Origin: Marsupella aquatica
Taxonomy: Eukaryota; Plantae; Marchantiophyta
Reading direction: 5' to 3'
DNA length: 64,000 nucleotides
Assembly (NCBI GenBank): GCA_973895155.1
Contig: OZ316895.1
Span: forward strand, 13,946,225 to 14,010,224
Under the pieces are notes generated by a model. It saw only the letters and a list, made by a program, of their open reading frames with translations, did not search any database and was not told the DNA's origin. This document shows positions 13,088 to 28,085 of the stretch, one piece after another (position 1 is the stretch's first letter; each line of letters starts with the position of its first letter). A program made the position numbers and the translations under genes.

Positions 13088-14139
13088 AGTAAATATGTCA
13101 CACTAATCAGGCCCTATTTTTCTTAATACACCTTTGTTTCAAGAGTGTTTTATATTGATTTTTCTCGCCTTGATCAAATCTTTCCAATGCTCTTTACAGT
13201 TTCAGATTTGGTGACGTATCGAAAGAGATATGGTCACCAACCACCCACGATATAACTTTTTATTTCCCTAACTTTCTAAGACTAGACTATGAATTACTAA
13301 CCTAACACATAATATGAAGATGCACACAAAAGACATTAAGATTTCATGATGAGAACAATCACCATACCACATAGACTTTTCTTTAGTTGTGGAGACTTGC
13401 TTCCCTAAGTTACCACCCATGCCCCTACACCTGCGTCCTGGAGAGCCTCCATGCTCCATTGTGCTCATCAACACAATAGTATGGTAGAGGAGGTGAATAC
13501 TCTCTTCCCCCGTTGCTTATTTGTGGCCCTGACAATGATTGTCTCTATTATGTTTGCCTCGATTGTGCACTCTTCAGGCTAACCTGCCCTAGTCCTGCTC
13601 TAAACGCCATGATAGCCTTCATTCTTGCCATCTTGCTGATCGTTATGCAGTCTCACAGTTACTTATTGCGTATAACATACTAATTCCATCATATTATTCA
13701 ATAAGGACCATGTCGTCGGCGTCACACAAGGTGCGCACCCATCACCCCACCTAGGGGCTGGTCATGGAGGCACCCAATATTCTGCAACCCACTTGAATGT
13801 GCTTCTGGAAACTTTGACATGTAGAATCATCCCGTTCCCCACCAATGCACAATGCACCATTTTGAAGCCAACACAATCACCAATAATAAAATCTCTTACA
13901 CCAGAGCTACATGAAGTGGGGTAGAAATGTTATACCTGGGACAGGCTGAACACAATGTTGATGGTGAGAAAGAAATCGAGGGCACAACTTCATCCATTGT
14001 CGTTTAGCAGAAGTTTCAGTGCATCATTGGATCATTACTTTGGGCAGAACCGATAGTCTAGAATCATTCTTGCCAAGGATACATACATGGAGATAGTTTG
14101 CTTTTGCAAAGTAGTCTCTTATTTCTTTTTGTAATTTCT

Positions 14140-14330
14140 GAGATTTATTACATTGCCACTCTTTTTTTATCTACATACATACCATGCCACTTTTATTAGT
14201 TTAATTACTATTGCCAAATTTTCCAATATTAATTAGGCAGTTCTAAGGTTAGCTTGAAATAATCACATTGTCAACATCTGGCCAGGTTTCACCATGATTG
14301 ATGTCTTCTACCCAACCACACCACCCTTTC
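14140..14330 (+). mobile_element. Probable Mutator-like TIR start (second element, fragment)
   Basis: GAGATTTATTACATTGCCAC followed by repeated TGCCA motifs, similar to the reverse complement of 8826-8846. Confidence 0.4.
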
Positions 14331-15088
14331 CAACCATTGAAATTGGGTTGGGATTCCTATTTTGCTCCTGTTCGGCTCACTTCTGCTTGGCTGGCCCGCT
14401 CCCACCATGGGACTCCAGATCATTCACCTTTGTCAATGGTGAAAAAGGGTGTTGAGATTACCTTGAAGAAAGTGATGACCATCTGCTGTTGGAAAACTTG
14501 TAATGTTGACCTCATTCTAAATTACCATAGTTACTTTGCTTAATCAGAAAATCAGAGATGAAAACAGATGCAAGTAAAGTAATCCATAATGTAAAGGGGC
14601 CAAAGCCTTGGTCAGATTCCAACCATGTGCTTTCTGGTTTGTTTCCTTAAACTCCCCCAAAGTTCCCCTGCAGCAGTTGAGCAAATAAGCAGGTGAGTTA
14701 AGGGCTTCATCTTGGGAAGCAGCTCAAGATGGAGCTCAGCAGCCTGACGGGCAATGGAGCTTAGCAGCCTGTGATGGATCTCAATAGCTTGCAGCAATGG
14801 AACTCAACAGATCACACTGATGGAGATCAACAGCGGAGCAATGGAGGGGAGGTAAGTCTATGCTTGGGCAGAAATGAAGGGGACCATAGGGCCTGGACAA
14901 TAATGCTCAGGCACAGGCTCCTCCCACCCTAACTCTAGTGAGAAGTGTTGGACTCTGCTAGGGAAACCCAAATTGGGCTTCACCCTGTATTTTGCCCCAA
15001 GTACTTCAAATTGCAATGAATATTATTAACAAGCACAGAAATTTTTAATGTGGTTGGGGAGACCTAAAATGGGTTTCACCCTTCAAAT

Positions 15089-15258
15089 TGAAATAACATT
15101 AAACTAGCCCAGTAATTTTTGATAAAGTCGCGACAAGTCACCTTTAATTGCGCACAACACAAATAACTTTAATGAAATAACATTAAACTAGCCCAGTAAT
15201 TTTTGTTAAAGTCGCGACCAGTCACCTTTAATCACGCACATCACAAATAACTTTAATG
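15089..15258. repeat. Tandem duplication, 2 x 84 bp
   Basis: TGAAATAACATTAAACTAGCCCAGTAATTTTTG...AAATAACTTTAATG starts at 15089 and 15173. Confidence 0.9.
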
Positions 15259-17198
15259 TACTAACCTAAATCCACCTAGAAAGACCGGCAAAAGTATATA
15301 CTTCAACTAAAAGAGTACGGAAACTTATTTTTGCGTTCTTAAAAAACACAACTTGGCGTACGCGTGCTTCCGCTGGATCTCAACTGTAGTAGTAGTATAA
15401 GAAATATAGAATGATCTCCCGGTACTGCTGCAGCAAAGACAGAATGATGCTGTGGGCCTTACAACTACAGGATGTACAGTTCTAGTACCCTAGGAGATTT
15501 GATGCCCTTCACGGTAACACCCGTACAACGGTCTTACAAGTGACGACGCCGTATGCGGGGCCAAAGCTCTGACATGTAACACTTTAGACATACAGACCCC
15601 GCATACGTGTCGGAGCAAGCCAGCCACTCGATACCATGCATGCACGCACGCTCTGTCTCTGACCGGCTCATAACTAAGGGCCGGTTCCCGGTCCCTGAAC
15701 CGGCAGACGCGGTGCCGACCCGATGCCCGGACCGGTGGACGAAGAATAGGAACAGACCGTTCTGCGGGCGTGACCTTTCCGCTCCCTGTTGCTGCTTGGC
15801 CGGCCGGCGATTTCCACCGGTGGGACTGGGGTGGCGCCGGTGATTCAGCAGGGCTCCCAATGTAAGCTGGAGTGTCATCCTGTCCCTCCGTCCCTCTCTC
15901 CGCCAACCGCGGCAGATCTTCTCTTCGACTTTTGGTGTCGTTCTCTCTACGAACTCCAATAATAATCGCGCCATCGCTGCGCTCCAACGAGGAGAGGGGA
16001 GGAGAGGAGAGCGGGCGGATGGCTCATTAGTGCTCGCGAGAACTACTCTAATTTGTACTACTACTGTTGCTGCATCTCTTCGTTGCGCTTCGCTTGTTGA
16101 TTTGTTCTGTCTCGGAGTCTCGCTCACTCGGGGTAGACCAAGGAAATCTGTCGTCCATACGTCGCGAGGGAAGGTACACTCGCTGTTGGACGTCGTCGTC
16201 GTTTGCGCTCGCTGCTGCGGTGCAGTGCAGGGCAGACAGGGGCATTGCAGTTCCGACCACGCAGCAAGCAGAGCACGGAGAGAGAGGCGAGGAGGAAAGC
16301 TTGCTTGCCATCGCCACCACTGCAGGAGTACGAACCTGGGTGCGTCGTTGTGCAGGTGTAATAGCGATACTACACGCGCACGCTGACGGAAACGGTAGTG
16401 GAAAGGAAAGGTGTTGTGGAGCGGCACGAAGCGATTTGCTGTGTGTGTGTGTGTTGTGTGTTTGAGCAGCAGGTGCGGGGCGGAACTGGACTGGTGCTTA
16501 GGTTGTCCGACGGGAGATGTTGGCTAAAGTGCTTTCCGGGTTGAGGAGTGTATTTGTATGAGGCGAGGGGACCTTTGTTGGTATGTAGGGCATCGAGGAG
16601 GAGAGCGGGCTGGATAGGGAGATAGGTAAATAGATTGACAGGTAGGTCGTGAGAGAGGAGGAACTCTCTTTGCGAAACCCGAGAGGGACAGAGCTACAGG
16701 GAGTAGCAGCAGTAGCCAAAGGCAGGGACTATTTGCGTGGACGGGACGGGGTTTTAAGGAACTGCATTCATGTCAGGGTTTGGGACGAGGACGAGGAATC
16801 GGATTCCTCGGGAAGGAGAAGGATGGAGAGAACCCCAATGAACAATTGGTTTATGGACGGAGCGGTGCGCTACAGGGCCGGCGCATTTTTGTTCTCTGCT
16901 CTGGCTTGTGTGGGTGAGAAGTTTACTAGCTACTTGCGACTGGAGGAAAGTCTTGTTTGGGGGATTTCGGAGAGCTGCGAGGTCGTGTTCTGTTGAGGCT
17001 GGCCTAGGTGAAGTGGGCCGGAGGTGTGCGTGAAGGACTATTGGCTCGGCAGATTGTAACTGTATAGTTACGCTCCTTCGGAGCATGAGATGAACTCGTA
17101 AATGTGCTGGGTGCTACCTACGGCCGAGGCAGGGGTTATCGTTGCCGGAGGCCATCTTGGTGGAACCTTTGCCCTGCGTTGAGACAGAGGACGTATAC

Positions 17199-20100
17199 AT
17201 GACCTTCTCGTCAAACCGTTCAAACCCAATGGATTTCAACTATCTGCAGGTATTCTCCCACTTATGAAACTCGCGCACTCTCTCTGTAGGCTCTCGTAAA
17301 CATTCCGCAAGGGAACTGATTGCTTAGCATTGGCACTGATTCTAGTAGACAAATTGTTCTTGTTGAATTTTGATTTTGAGCGCTGGTACTGTTTTCCCCT
17401 CTGTTTCATGAACACATTTATGCTCTACACAACTTCCTGATTCTGGTGCATCCTCCTCGGTCTCGAGTTTCCTCTTGGTTTCAACGGTCTATGCTAATCT
17501 AAAGGGTAATCGGAAATTGATTCTAGCTTGATTCTACAAAAGATGAGACTGGAATAGAATTGTTTTCTGCGAAGAAGAATTTTGTCGTATTCCTGGCTCG
17601 ACATTCCTTTGGGATGGTGTCATTGCAAATGTGGTGTCGGTGGTATCTAGTTTCGAGAGTTGTGTGTTTTGTGGTTTTCATCGTAAGTCCGTAGCTGGTG
17701 CTTACATTCAGAAAAAATACGAGATGGTGGTATTCTCTGGAAATAGAATAGGGTTGGGGTGACAGACCCCTTTATGATGGGGAGGGTGGACACGTCGTAT
17801 ATTTGAAGTAGATCTGAAGTAGACCTACCTCCTGTGTTGCCAGTATTACAGGGTGTTAACTACGGGAAAGGAGAGGAGGTAGGGATAAGAGAATTTGCAG
17901 CCGCATGTTTGTGCAATCATCCTCATCTTAAGGAAATACCTGGATTGTGAGCCACAACTGTCGTAAGCAGACTCCCAACCAGGCAGGGGTTGTGATTGCC
18001 ATGCAAGAGCAGTTGAACATTGTGTTGCAATTTTTGTAGTGGAATGCTTGGCCTAACAAGCATGTTCGCACAACTCTTTGAGGTTAGCTTTGTTTCTTCA
18101 CGCCTTAAGCTTTTGGTTGTTTTGATACTTTTGGTATATGTTGTTCTTGTTGATTGCTGAATTGAGTCCTCTGAGTCTGTCAGACAGAGGTTTCTTACTT
18201 TAAAGCCTCAACGCCGTTTTCTGGTTTCTGCCAGGCCTCTTTAAAGTTTTCCTCATTGCTTCTTTCCCTGTTGGTATTGCTTGCTTGGTTGATCACTTTT
18301 TTTTTATAATCCTGTTCGGCGTATGATTGTACAAAGGTGCCAAGCTGGTGAGCATCCTTCCCTCCTTCCAGTCATACTGGACCTGCAAAGGTCATCATTC
18401 AGGAATAAAAAGAGTCTCGATTACTTAGGGCCTTGCAAGTTTCACTTGCAGCGACTTGAGAACCGGCTGGTGTGATTAACTCACTATTTTTGGTTTAAAC
18501 AGCGTGTGAAGGTCTATCGGTTGAATGACGGAGGAAAGTGGGATGATAAAGGAACTGGGCACGTGTCCCTTGAGTATTTGGAGGTACGTATCTGTCTATG
18601 GACATCTTAATAACTCCTAGTCCTGGGGATGTAAAACCTGGTTCAGGATAATGACAATGGAAGATGCCAAGTATGCGTATGTTGATGTAAGCGCTGTCAC
18701 CCACTGGTCCAGAATTTCGAGAACTGATGATCGATTCTGTTTTCGTCTGTTTCACTCCTTGATAATGGGATAGCAGCGATCTGAGGCTGTTGGACTGGTA
18801 GTCATTGACGAAGAAAACAATCAAACGTTACTCATCCACCGCATATCAGCAGATGATATATACAGGAGGCAAGAAGGTTGGTCACTCCTCGTTATAGACG
18901 TTTGGATGTTTTACATGTTGACTCTGATGAAGTACCAAATTTTGGGAATGGTATAGGACTTGTTGTGTTTGGTGAGATTCTTCGAGTTCATACTTTCCTG
19001 GCATGGCAATATTACTGATATTTTTCTGTTGATTTCATGTGTATTCTAGATACCATCATCTCATGGACGGATCCCGAGGTTGCAACTGATCTGGCTCTTA
19101 GCTTCCAAGAAACTATGAGCTGTTCCTACATTTGGTAGGGTGCAGCCCTCTTTTTATTTGAGCAAAATAATACGTGTGTAGATACTTCGTCTTTACCATG
19201 GCTGCGGGGATTTTATGAACCTAAAGCAGTAAACAAAATAGGAGTTAGTTTGATAATGGTTGGAGGAGCAAACTCAGATTCGTCCAGAATTTCATTTCTG
19301 GGCAGTATGAAAGGTGTGAATTTGTACTTCAGTGGTTTGGAGGACGAGGATGCTACTTATATTGTTGAGGATCAATTTGTTGTCAAGAGTTTACTTCTAG
19401 CTGCGATTAGTTGGGAGCTTTATGACGTCATTTAATTGGTGACGTCCAACTATGACATTAAGTTGTATTTTTGTGCAGGGATCAAATATGTAGCGTTCAG
19501 AGATCAATCCAATTTCCTTCTGTTGGAGGTAAGTCAGCAGGTGTGTCTTTTATTAGTAATTACAACTCTGTGTCCACTAGGCTGAAAGAGTTGTGCTTTA
19601 ACTTTTTTGAATGATGGTTTGCTTTTGGTTTTTTGGGTTGCACTTACATGTTACTCTTTTTCGTATAGCAGCTTTGGATCCTGTACCCCGTCCAATCAAT
19701 GATGATTTGGAGCATTCTGGCACTTGTCAAGATGATGGTAAGCCTGTTAATTCAAAGAATCATAATTCTGCAAGTCAAAACTTTTTGACGCAGGCAAAAG
19801 GAAGTAGTAATGAAAAATATTCAATGCCACCTGTTGATTAAAAGTTCCTCTGGAGTTGATGGCATCCCTTTGCCAGATCTTGAAGGTTGTAGCCACGCTT
19901 CCACGTTTCCTTCTTCAAATCTTTGCTCTGGGGCAGATGATGGATTTTTGTAGAGTGGGTGGTGAATTTTCAGGATTGCCGCCTGTGGAGCTCAGTACAC
20001 TCCCTCAACTGATGAAGGTGGGTCTTTGGCTTTGTCCTCCTGGGACACCATGCTCATAAGCTGTAGCCTGGATTTTGGAGCGCGATGCTATCACATTAGG

Positions 20101-23100
20101 TTTGGATTTAGGTAAAATGGATGGGAGTAGGAAAACTGTTTATGCTTGATGTCTGTGATCCTTAGGGCTTGCTTCACTCAAATGGACAACAGTGGATTCT
20201 TCTAGGTAACCTCACCTTTTCTGCGCTCCCCAGTAACCAAGGCTGAGTGGGCAAGCAGTGTGGTCAAATGATGATTTGTATCAGTGTATTGGCTAGTTGG
20301 AGAAAATGAAGTATGCAATATATGGAAGTGTGAATGCATTTTGCATGCATGGAACACAACCGTTTTGCAGGTCACTCCTCCCGATAGCTAAGGTGTCAAG
20401 AATTCACACTAATAGATAGATGAATTTTGAACTTTTGATTTTACTGCAGACACCTGTTTTTGTCTTCCGCTGTCTCTTTCCAATGTTTTAATGTCTTCCG
20501 TCGATGTCTTTGAAATTGAATTTCTATGGTTTAAATGATGGAAACAGCTTCTTAAAAATCTTGTGACCTCTGCAGGCCGTGGCAGAGGTGCCACATTTTG
20601 ACCGAGACCGTGTGGCAGCTTTGATCCTCCGAGAAGTAAGTCAAAATCTTTCATAACGCAGTATCGCACGCTGGAGCTGCATTCCGAGGCCAGGTTTCTT
20701 TGTCTGATAAATTCGTGGCAAGGATTTTACTTAGTGATTATTTCACAGATGGTGTATTGTCATTTTTTCACTACTGCTTGGCTTTGTCTCATCCAGTGCC
20801 ACTTTCTTTGCACATATCATCTGAACCTTGCTTATTTATGTCGATTTCTAGTCAGTGTCACTGATTACTACGGTCTGGGAATGTTAACGCAGCCAAATTA
20901 CATCCGCAAGATAATTGATTTGTTCAAGGTCTGTGAAGATCTGGAGAATCTTGAAGGTCTTCATATGATGTTCAAGATAGTGAAAGGCATAAGTATGTGT
21001 ACCCCTCCTTCATGAAAATTTGAAGATCTCCCTCGGTATTTTCCTGCAGAGGATTTTGGACATAGATTCTGCCAGACTTCTTGGTTTTCAGAACTCAGCT
21101 TTGTTGACCTTTACAGATGCCGGGGGAATGATAAACATTAATGCTAATTAAGGTTTTCTTTTGTAGTTTCACTGAATGATCATCATATTTTTGATGACAT
21201 CTTTAGCGAAGAGTACATCATGGACATCGTCGGTGCATTAGAATGTGAGTATCCTTTTCTACGTTACGCTCTGACTGTCTGTTTAATTGATATGGCGTTT
21301 CAGAGCAGTGAATGTATTCAAAGTCTGATTCGCATGCTAAGTGTTGTTTGAAATTATGGAGACAATTTTGATAGAATTTCAGTCACTGTTGGAGGGTCAT
21401 GCACCAGTTTCCTTTTGGGAACTTCTGCACCTTAGCACTTTTATTTGAGTAATGTTGGGAAGTGATATTCTCTCTCGATTTTGTGTCATTTGCAGACGAC
21501 CCTGAACTTCCAGCAAAGCAAGAGCATCGGGCTTTCTTGAAGGAGCAAGTGGTATATAAAGAGGTATGTTATGATCACTGGGGAAGTTTATTACTTAGAA
21601 GGCATATCATGGTAGAGTCAGATATGGTTCTTGAATTTGAGTTTATTGTTTTACATTGTTGTCGTTTTGCTATCAAAGACTAGCTTCATTAATTTTACTT
21701 TTTGGTAATACCCTGCTTGTCGGAGGTTATCAAACTTCTTGGCCACCGGAACTCGGAGGATCCTATTACTTGCTTTGCAGCAGAGGACCATTTTTGTAAT
21801 ATAACTTAGATAGAAGACGAATAATTCCCTTCCTGTCCATAAATTCGTATCGAATTAGTCCAAGGCTTTCAGTTTTCTGATAAGCAGAGGTACTTGAATA
21901 TTTCAGCTAAGTTAGGTCTAAGGCCAGACCACGGACGTTTGCAGTAGCATGGTGGTCTCTAACAGTAGAATCCTTGGCTTCAGGTGGTCATAGTGGAATC
22001 ATTGTTCAGGCCTACGACAAATAAAAGTTCTAACATTTATTTTTTCATTTGTAGGTGGTTCCGATACGGGACGCCGCCATCTTGGCTAAAATACATCAAA
22101 CTTATCGAATTGGTTTCATCAAGGTACGGTCATCTTCGAAGCCAATGCCACGACTGCTTGAAGTAAATTAGGGTAATTTGAATGCGTCGTGAAGTAGTCT
22201 TTGATTAAGTTTTATGTGAAGATTGGCGTGGTGTCCGAGTTGCTTTTTTAAATGTCGGTTTACATATAGGAGCTTTTAAAAAAACGAGGTTTTCTTGGTT
22301 CGTAGTATTTTTTGAATAGGGGTGGTCGCTTCATATGTTGGCAAAGTTCTGATCGATAGGGTAGATGTCTTGGTTGGGTTGTTCCTGTTTCTCTTCCCTT
22401 TTTCTTGGACAATAGTGTAGTGTTTGTGAAATGGTGGTCCCTTCATTTCTTGAACAATAGTGTAATGTTTGGGAAAATGTCTCTTACAAACTCTCTATTA
22501 TTTCGGGACCTCAGGATGTTATACTACCGAGAGTTTTGGATGATCAAACTTTTGCTACCTTCAACTCCACAATGCTCTTCAACAACGTGGCGGTATGATA
22601 ACAATCAAGTCTAGAAAATTGCTGTGCGTGGAAATTTATTAGTAGAGTCCAGACCTGGAACGGACCCTGTAGTTTTTCTTAAATCCGTTTAAAGTTGCAG
22701 AGGGTCAAATAGTACTGCTTTTTACAAATCATGGGAGAGTCCACTTCCTAAGGCGTTAGAGACGATTTGCCGGTCTCTATGTCAACTTTATGTCTGTCAG
22801 ACTGAAAGATAGTTTGGAAAATCTTGTGCTTCAATCGCAATGTCTCTTTCGGTTGTTTATGTTCCTTGAAGAAGCTCTTGTAACCATATACAGGTTGTGT
22901 CAGCTCTCCAAAACGATAGTGCTTTCATCAGTGAGTTATTTTCGAAGCTCTGGTCACCAAACACGACAGAACGAGGCAGACGAGATCTGGTAAGGTTTTT
23001 CAAGGCCAAGCTGCTATTGTCAAGGGACTTTGGAGGTAGAATTTGGGAGGGGGCGGGCGGGGCTTGAGATGTTGACAAGGGGTCTGCGTTGTTCCATATA

Positions 23101-26100
23101 ACTTCTTCAGTAACTATTTAACCTTCAAATGGAGTACTGCTGACTGAAAAGATGCTCATTGGCAGATTCTCTTCGTCCAAGAATTCTGCAATCTTAGCAA
23201 ACATCTACAACCAGGTCTTCGAAACCAGCTTTTGGGGTATGTGAACATTGATAATCCATTTGGTAGTCATTTTTCTCGCTTAGAGTTTTATAAAATGCTG
23301 ATTACGTGTTTAGGTCACATGCATTCTGTTCTTAGTTTTGTTAGCTGCGCATGCCCTACTTCTCCTTGCTGTTGCGTATGAGATTCAAATCTGTCGATCA
23401 AATTCTGGGTTGTACTGAAGTTCCCAGGCTCTTTAATTTCAGTGGATAATTGTTGTGGAAGCAACTGTCATTTTCTGGATGGACGACCATTCTTTTTTCC
23501 ATGTGTTTGACCGTCTTTTGCAGCAGTTATAAACAGCAATCGTGAAACAACCTTTCTACACTCCTGTGCAGGTCATTGGTCAACGAGGGCCTCTTTGATA
23601 TTGTTACCAATGCTCTTCAGAGTACTGATGAAACTGTTCGTCTGAGCGGGTATATGTCTCCTTCCTCCTGAAACTGGCAAGCAAATCCGTCGAGGCTCGA
23701 GTTCATGTTTAATCTGTCTGATTTTTCTCCATACCTGCAGTTAGTTATTTTGTAACATTGTAGGATGTCACAATGTTAATAATATGTATGAGGACGTTGA
23801 TGTGAAGGACAATTTAGACCTAGGTTTAATCGTCGGGGCTGTGTTATTTCTGTTGAGTGCAGGAGCGATATATTGGTTGTTGTATCGAATCAGAGTCCAC
23901 CCTTGTTGCGTGCTTTCCTTGTGCAGCAGCAAGACCAAACCCTGTTCACCGTGTTGGTATGATAATAGTTTCTTTCTTGTCCTTGACCCTCGCACTTGCA
24001 AGAACCACGCTGTGCGCTTTTAATATCACAATACTGATCATTCTGGCGGAAGTTACTGATGAAGAATTAATTTGATCTCCTTGACAACATTTGTACATAT
24101 ACTGTTGGGAACCATTCATACACTAGAGAGCACACTGTAAGGACAAATTTAATTCGGTGGAATTACTGGCTAGTTCTGCTTCCTTGGAATATGTTTTCCT
24201 CAAAGCCCTCGTCTGTCACAGAAGTAAATGGATTTTGTAAGTGATATTTGTTTTCTTCTTATGATTACCCTAATTTCTTCTTATGATAACCCATATCTCT
24301 GCCCATTAGGTTATGATTACTGTGATATGACAGAGATATGACATTGGAAATTGTGTTATGACAGATCAAGGGCATGCTTACTCCTGGAGAAGGAGGTTTG
24401 CAATCACAACTTCTTGAGATAATGCGAATGCTTCTCGACTCTGATACAATGGATCCAGTAAGCTTCGCGACTCGCAATCACGTAATTTTGTCCTATTTGG
24501 AGGAATATATGTATATGCACGCTTGGGTATAATTTATGAGAGCTTGCCTAGACTGGATACTTTCTTTTGGAATGCAGATTTTGTCCTCGAACTTACCATG
24601 ATGTGCTGTGGACATGACTGTTTTGAACAAAAAGGCCCAGACGGATAAATTTCTGGATGTGTTCTATGAAAAGTATATCGATCAACTGGTGGAAGTTTTA
24701 ACAGCAGGTTGCCCTCCAAAGGGAACAAGTGCTGAGCAGAACAAGCAACCAGCGCCTTTCCTAGGAGGAACAGTATTGAAGGGGGATATCACTCCCGAGT
24801 TTCTGATGAGCATTTGCGAACTCATGTGCTTCTGTGTTGTGCATCATCGATTCAGAATAAAGTGAGTTGTGATATTTTGCATCTGTAGTAGGGCCTATGG
24901 GTTAGTTTTGTCTTTAGATCATTATAAGCTCGGGCGTCCTGCTAGTACTGTGAAATCACCTTGGGCTTCTGATATAGATTCCCTGTATTGAAAAACTCTG
25001 ATTAGAGATTAGAGCCGTTTCAAGCTGGTTTGGCATAGAGTTGAAATGTAGGATCTAGGCATCAGTCCATGTTACCGAGCTCAAGTTTAGTCACGAATAC
25101 AATTTTTGCTGGGGTGCTTACGTTTGCTTTGGAACTAGGTATTATGTCATGCGGAACAATGTTGTGGAGAAAATCTTGCGGCTTACTCGCAGGAAGGAGA
25201 AATACCTTGTTGTTGCAGCTGTGCGCTTCCTACGGACTTGCATTGCTCTAAAGGTTCCCTCCTTACATCACGATTACTTGGAACATAAATTTACATAGCA
25301 GTGGACGTAATGCTTGTTGCAACCCAGGGACCTGCATGGCTCAAGTTTGGGGTCTTCGCCCGTTTGGCAGCAGTCAGCACCAGTTTTGTTTGTTGTCGTG
25401 GCATTTGTAAGCTTAAAATTTTCACCCGTGTTTCTCAGGGTATCTCGCCCAGCCCAGCTGTCTTGCTTACAATGCGCATTGTGCGGTTGCAGGATGAGTT
25501 CTACAACCGATATCTTGTGAAGAACAATCTGTTCCACCCTGTCATACAATCATTCCTAGCAAATGGCAATCGATATAACCTTCTTAATTCGGCTGTCCTG
25601 GAGCTCTTTGACTTCATCCGCAAAGTATGAATAATTTAGTAGATCTCTTTCATTTATGACGGGGTAGTCCAAGTAGTTCATGATTCTGAAGGCTAGTAAA
25701 GAGCTGCAGTGGCTTTTTCCTTTGGGCTGTTGTTTGCTGGGCGTGGATGTATATATTTCCTTCGTGTAATCTCATCAATGCCAGTGAAAGTTTATTGCCT
25801 TATTTTGTTTAGGGTTCGAATCCCTAAACCCTGAACCTGTTTCTAAATTGTTCAGGGACTGCGTTTTCCTCTCCACCAAACTGACTTGGGGCTCATGGGT
25901 TGTAATTTGTTCAGGAGAATATCACGCTTCTCATGTCACACCTGATAGAAAACTTTTCAGATAAGCTGGATGGTCTCAGTTATGCCGAAACCTTTCAGGC
26001 GCTGAAGATTAAGTATGAACAGGTACGCCACTTTTCAAATACGTGCCTCTTCTGTCTTCGGCTGCATGCTGACAAGTAGTCCTGAGAAGCTCACTTACGT

Positions 26101-28085
26101 TTGATGGGTTTCTGTCTATACTACCTTGATAGATTTAGAAAGATCGGTTACCTTGGTTTACTCCTATTTGTGTAATTTTTCTGTTATTCTTACTAACCTC
26201 GATTTCTTTATATATACAGTCATTGGAAATGACGGCAACCTTTTCGAAAGATCTTGGCTCGGCTGCTGTGAGTGGTGGTCCTATCCATTCTGCACCACGA
26301 GCAGCTGATCGTGTCAATCTAATCGGACCAATGCCTGATCTAAGAAAGCGCAAAGATGACAGAGCTCTAGACAAAGACGAAGAAGACTACTTCAATGAAG
26401 ATAGGTAAGATTCCTGGTACTTTGTATGTGAAGTTAGCGGATAACTGGCCTGGTCTGCACAATGTTAATAGATCTGGGATTTGTGGTGGGTATTGCGAGC
26501 AATGATTGCAATTCCAAGAAACGAACACAGAACAGGGGCTCATCGCTGGCTTTATCTTCCATGGACTTTGTGAAGCTGGATTTTTATATCTCTACAGCAT
26601 TTTTGAGGTAGTTTCTTTGGCTAACTGATTTGCAGTGACGAGGAGGACGATACCGCATCTGCGCAGGTGCCCCCAAGGAGTCCTCCCCAACAAGTTATTG
26701 GCAATGGCAGTGTCCTTGTTGATGTTCCCTTCAGGTATAAATGTTTACGAGCTCCCGAAATTGGACTGTGGCGGTGGATGCTCGTGATCTGTAACTACTT
26801 ATGGTTAGATTCCCAGTAGTTTAGCATCACCTAATTAGTGGATGGGTTAATTTGCAGGGGTGGGCCGTTCGGGTTGGTTGATTACGAGGACGAGGATGAA
26901 GATGCTCCCGCCGGACTCGGCTATAGCAAGGAGGGATCTTCTGAGAGGAAGTCTGAAGGTTTGCTGCTACCAGCTTTACCAATTTCAGACCCCATTTGGC
27001 CTGAGATGGAGGATGTACCCGTCAAACGCAAGATAAGTGCTTCCTCGGACTCTCAAGGTCCTGAGGACGCCACAGCCGTGAAAAGGAGAAAACCGAAGAG
27101 TGAGGGTGGGAACAGCCAGTTAGGAGATTTGACAGTAGTGAGGGAGGGCAAAGAAAGGCCAACACAAGCGCCACTCATTCAGGAGACTCCCTCTGTGAAG
27201 AATGAAGCTAAGTCGGAGGAACCTTTGGAAGAGTCCAAGCAGGAGATGAAACAATCTGTGAATAACACTGGAGGGAAGATAGAAACATTGAATGAGGTGT
27301 CTGAAAAGGAAGCAACGCGACCGATGGAAAAAATACTGGGGAAGGTAGAATTGTCACTGCAAGATTCCGGCAACGCTATGAAGCAATCTACTGGTGAGGT
27401 AGTGGACGAAAAATTGTACCCTAAAGTTAAATCACCGACAAGGACAGCTGCAGAGGTTTCTGGTGTGATTGATGGCAAGGTTTGTGTTGAAGATTCCTAT
27501 TCCCAAGATGCACGGTCTTCAAATGCATCTGAAGCAGGCTTTCCGGCGGTTTATAGTGGTGCTGACCAAGGGACTGTTGAGCCAAAGTCCGAAGTGAAGG
27601 GTCAAGAATCTCCTGAACATGAGCCTACCGTCAGTGACACTATTGCTTCAGAAAAATCTATTCCCACAGGACGATCTCCAGGCACACCTGCTGGGGTCTC
27701 GAATATCCCTGACTCCCGGTCTTCAGACTCACCGCCAGGGGTTTCCAATGTTACTGACACCACGACTTCAGAGTCGAAAAACCAATCCGAGGTTGTTCAA
27801 CCCTTAGCTGAGCCGTCTGGAGTCGCTGCTTGTGCAAGTGGTGCTGAATCTCCTAATGGACATGAGAGTAGGAAAAGGTGTTGTGATGGTGGAAGTGAAA
27901 AGGAGACCAGCGGAAGTGATTGCAACGGATTACGTGAGGACTCCGAGAAAGTAGTTGTGGGAGCTAAGGAAAACAGTCCTCAGCACCTTATTAGCATAGG
28001 TAGTGATACTAAACTGGCAAGCTTAGGAAGTGAGATTCGAAGGGGAGGAACGCAGCCTTCACCAGGGCCGTATACTGTTCGATAG
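17199..28085 (+). CDS. PP4R3: Serine/threonine-protein phosphatase 4 regulatory subunit 3 (SMEK/PSY2-like), multi-exon
   Basis: Exon 1 [17 protein letters not shown] (17199-17249) splices to [21 protein letters not shown] (18503, EVH1 domain). Later exons give [69 protein letters not shown] and [15 protein letters not shown] junctions; long last exon to TAG at 28085. Confidence 0.95.

Noticed and set aside
15380-15410. Helitron-like 5' end on the minus strand (TCTTATACTACTAC)
   Set aside because: Not preceded by the expected A, and no hairpin-CTRR 3' end could be confidently paired with it.
15490-16465. Long overlapping ORFs on both strands (up to 297 aa)
   Set aside because: No recognisable domain; expected by chance in the GC-rich leader region of PP4R3.
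25820-25840. CCCTAAACCCTGAACC telomere-like motif
   Set aside because: About two units in an intron; too short to call.
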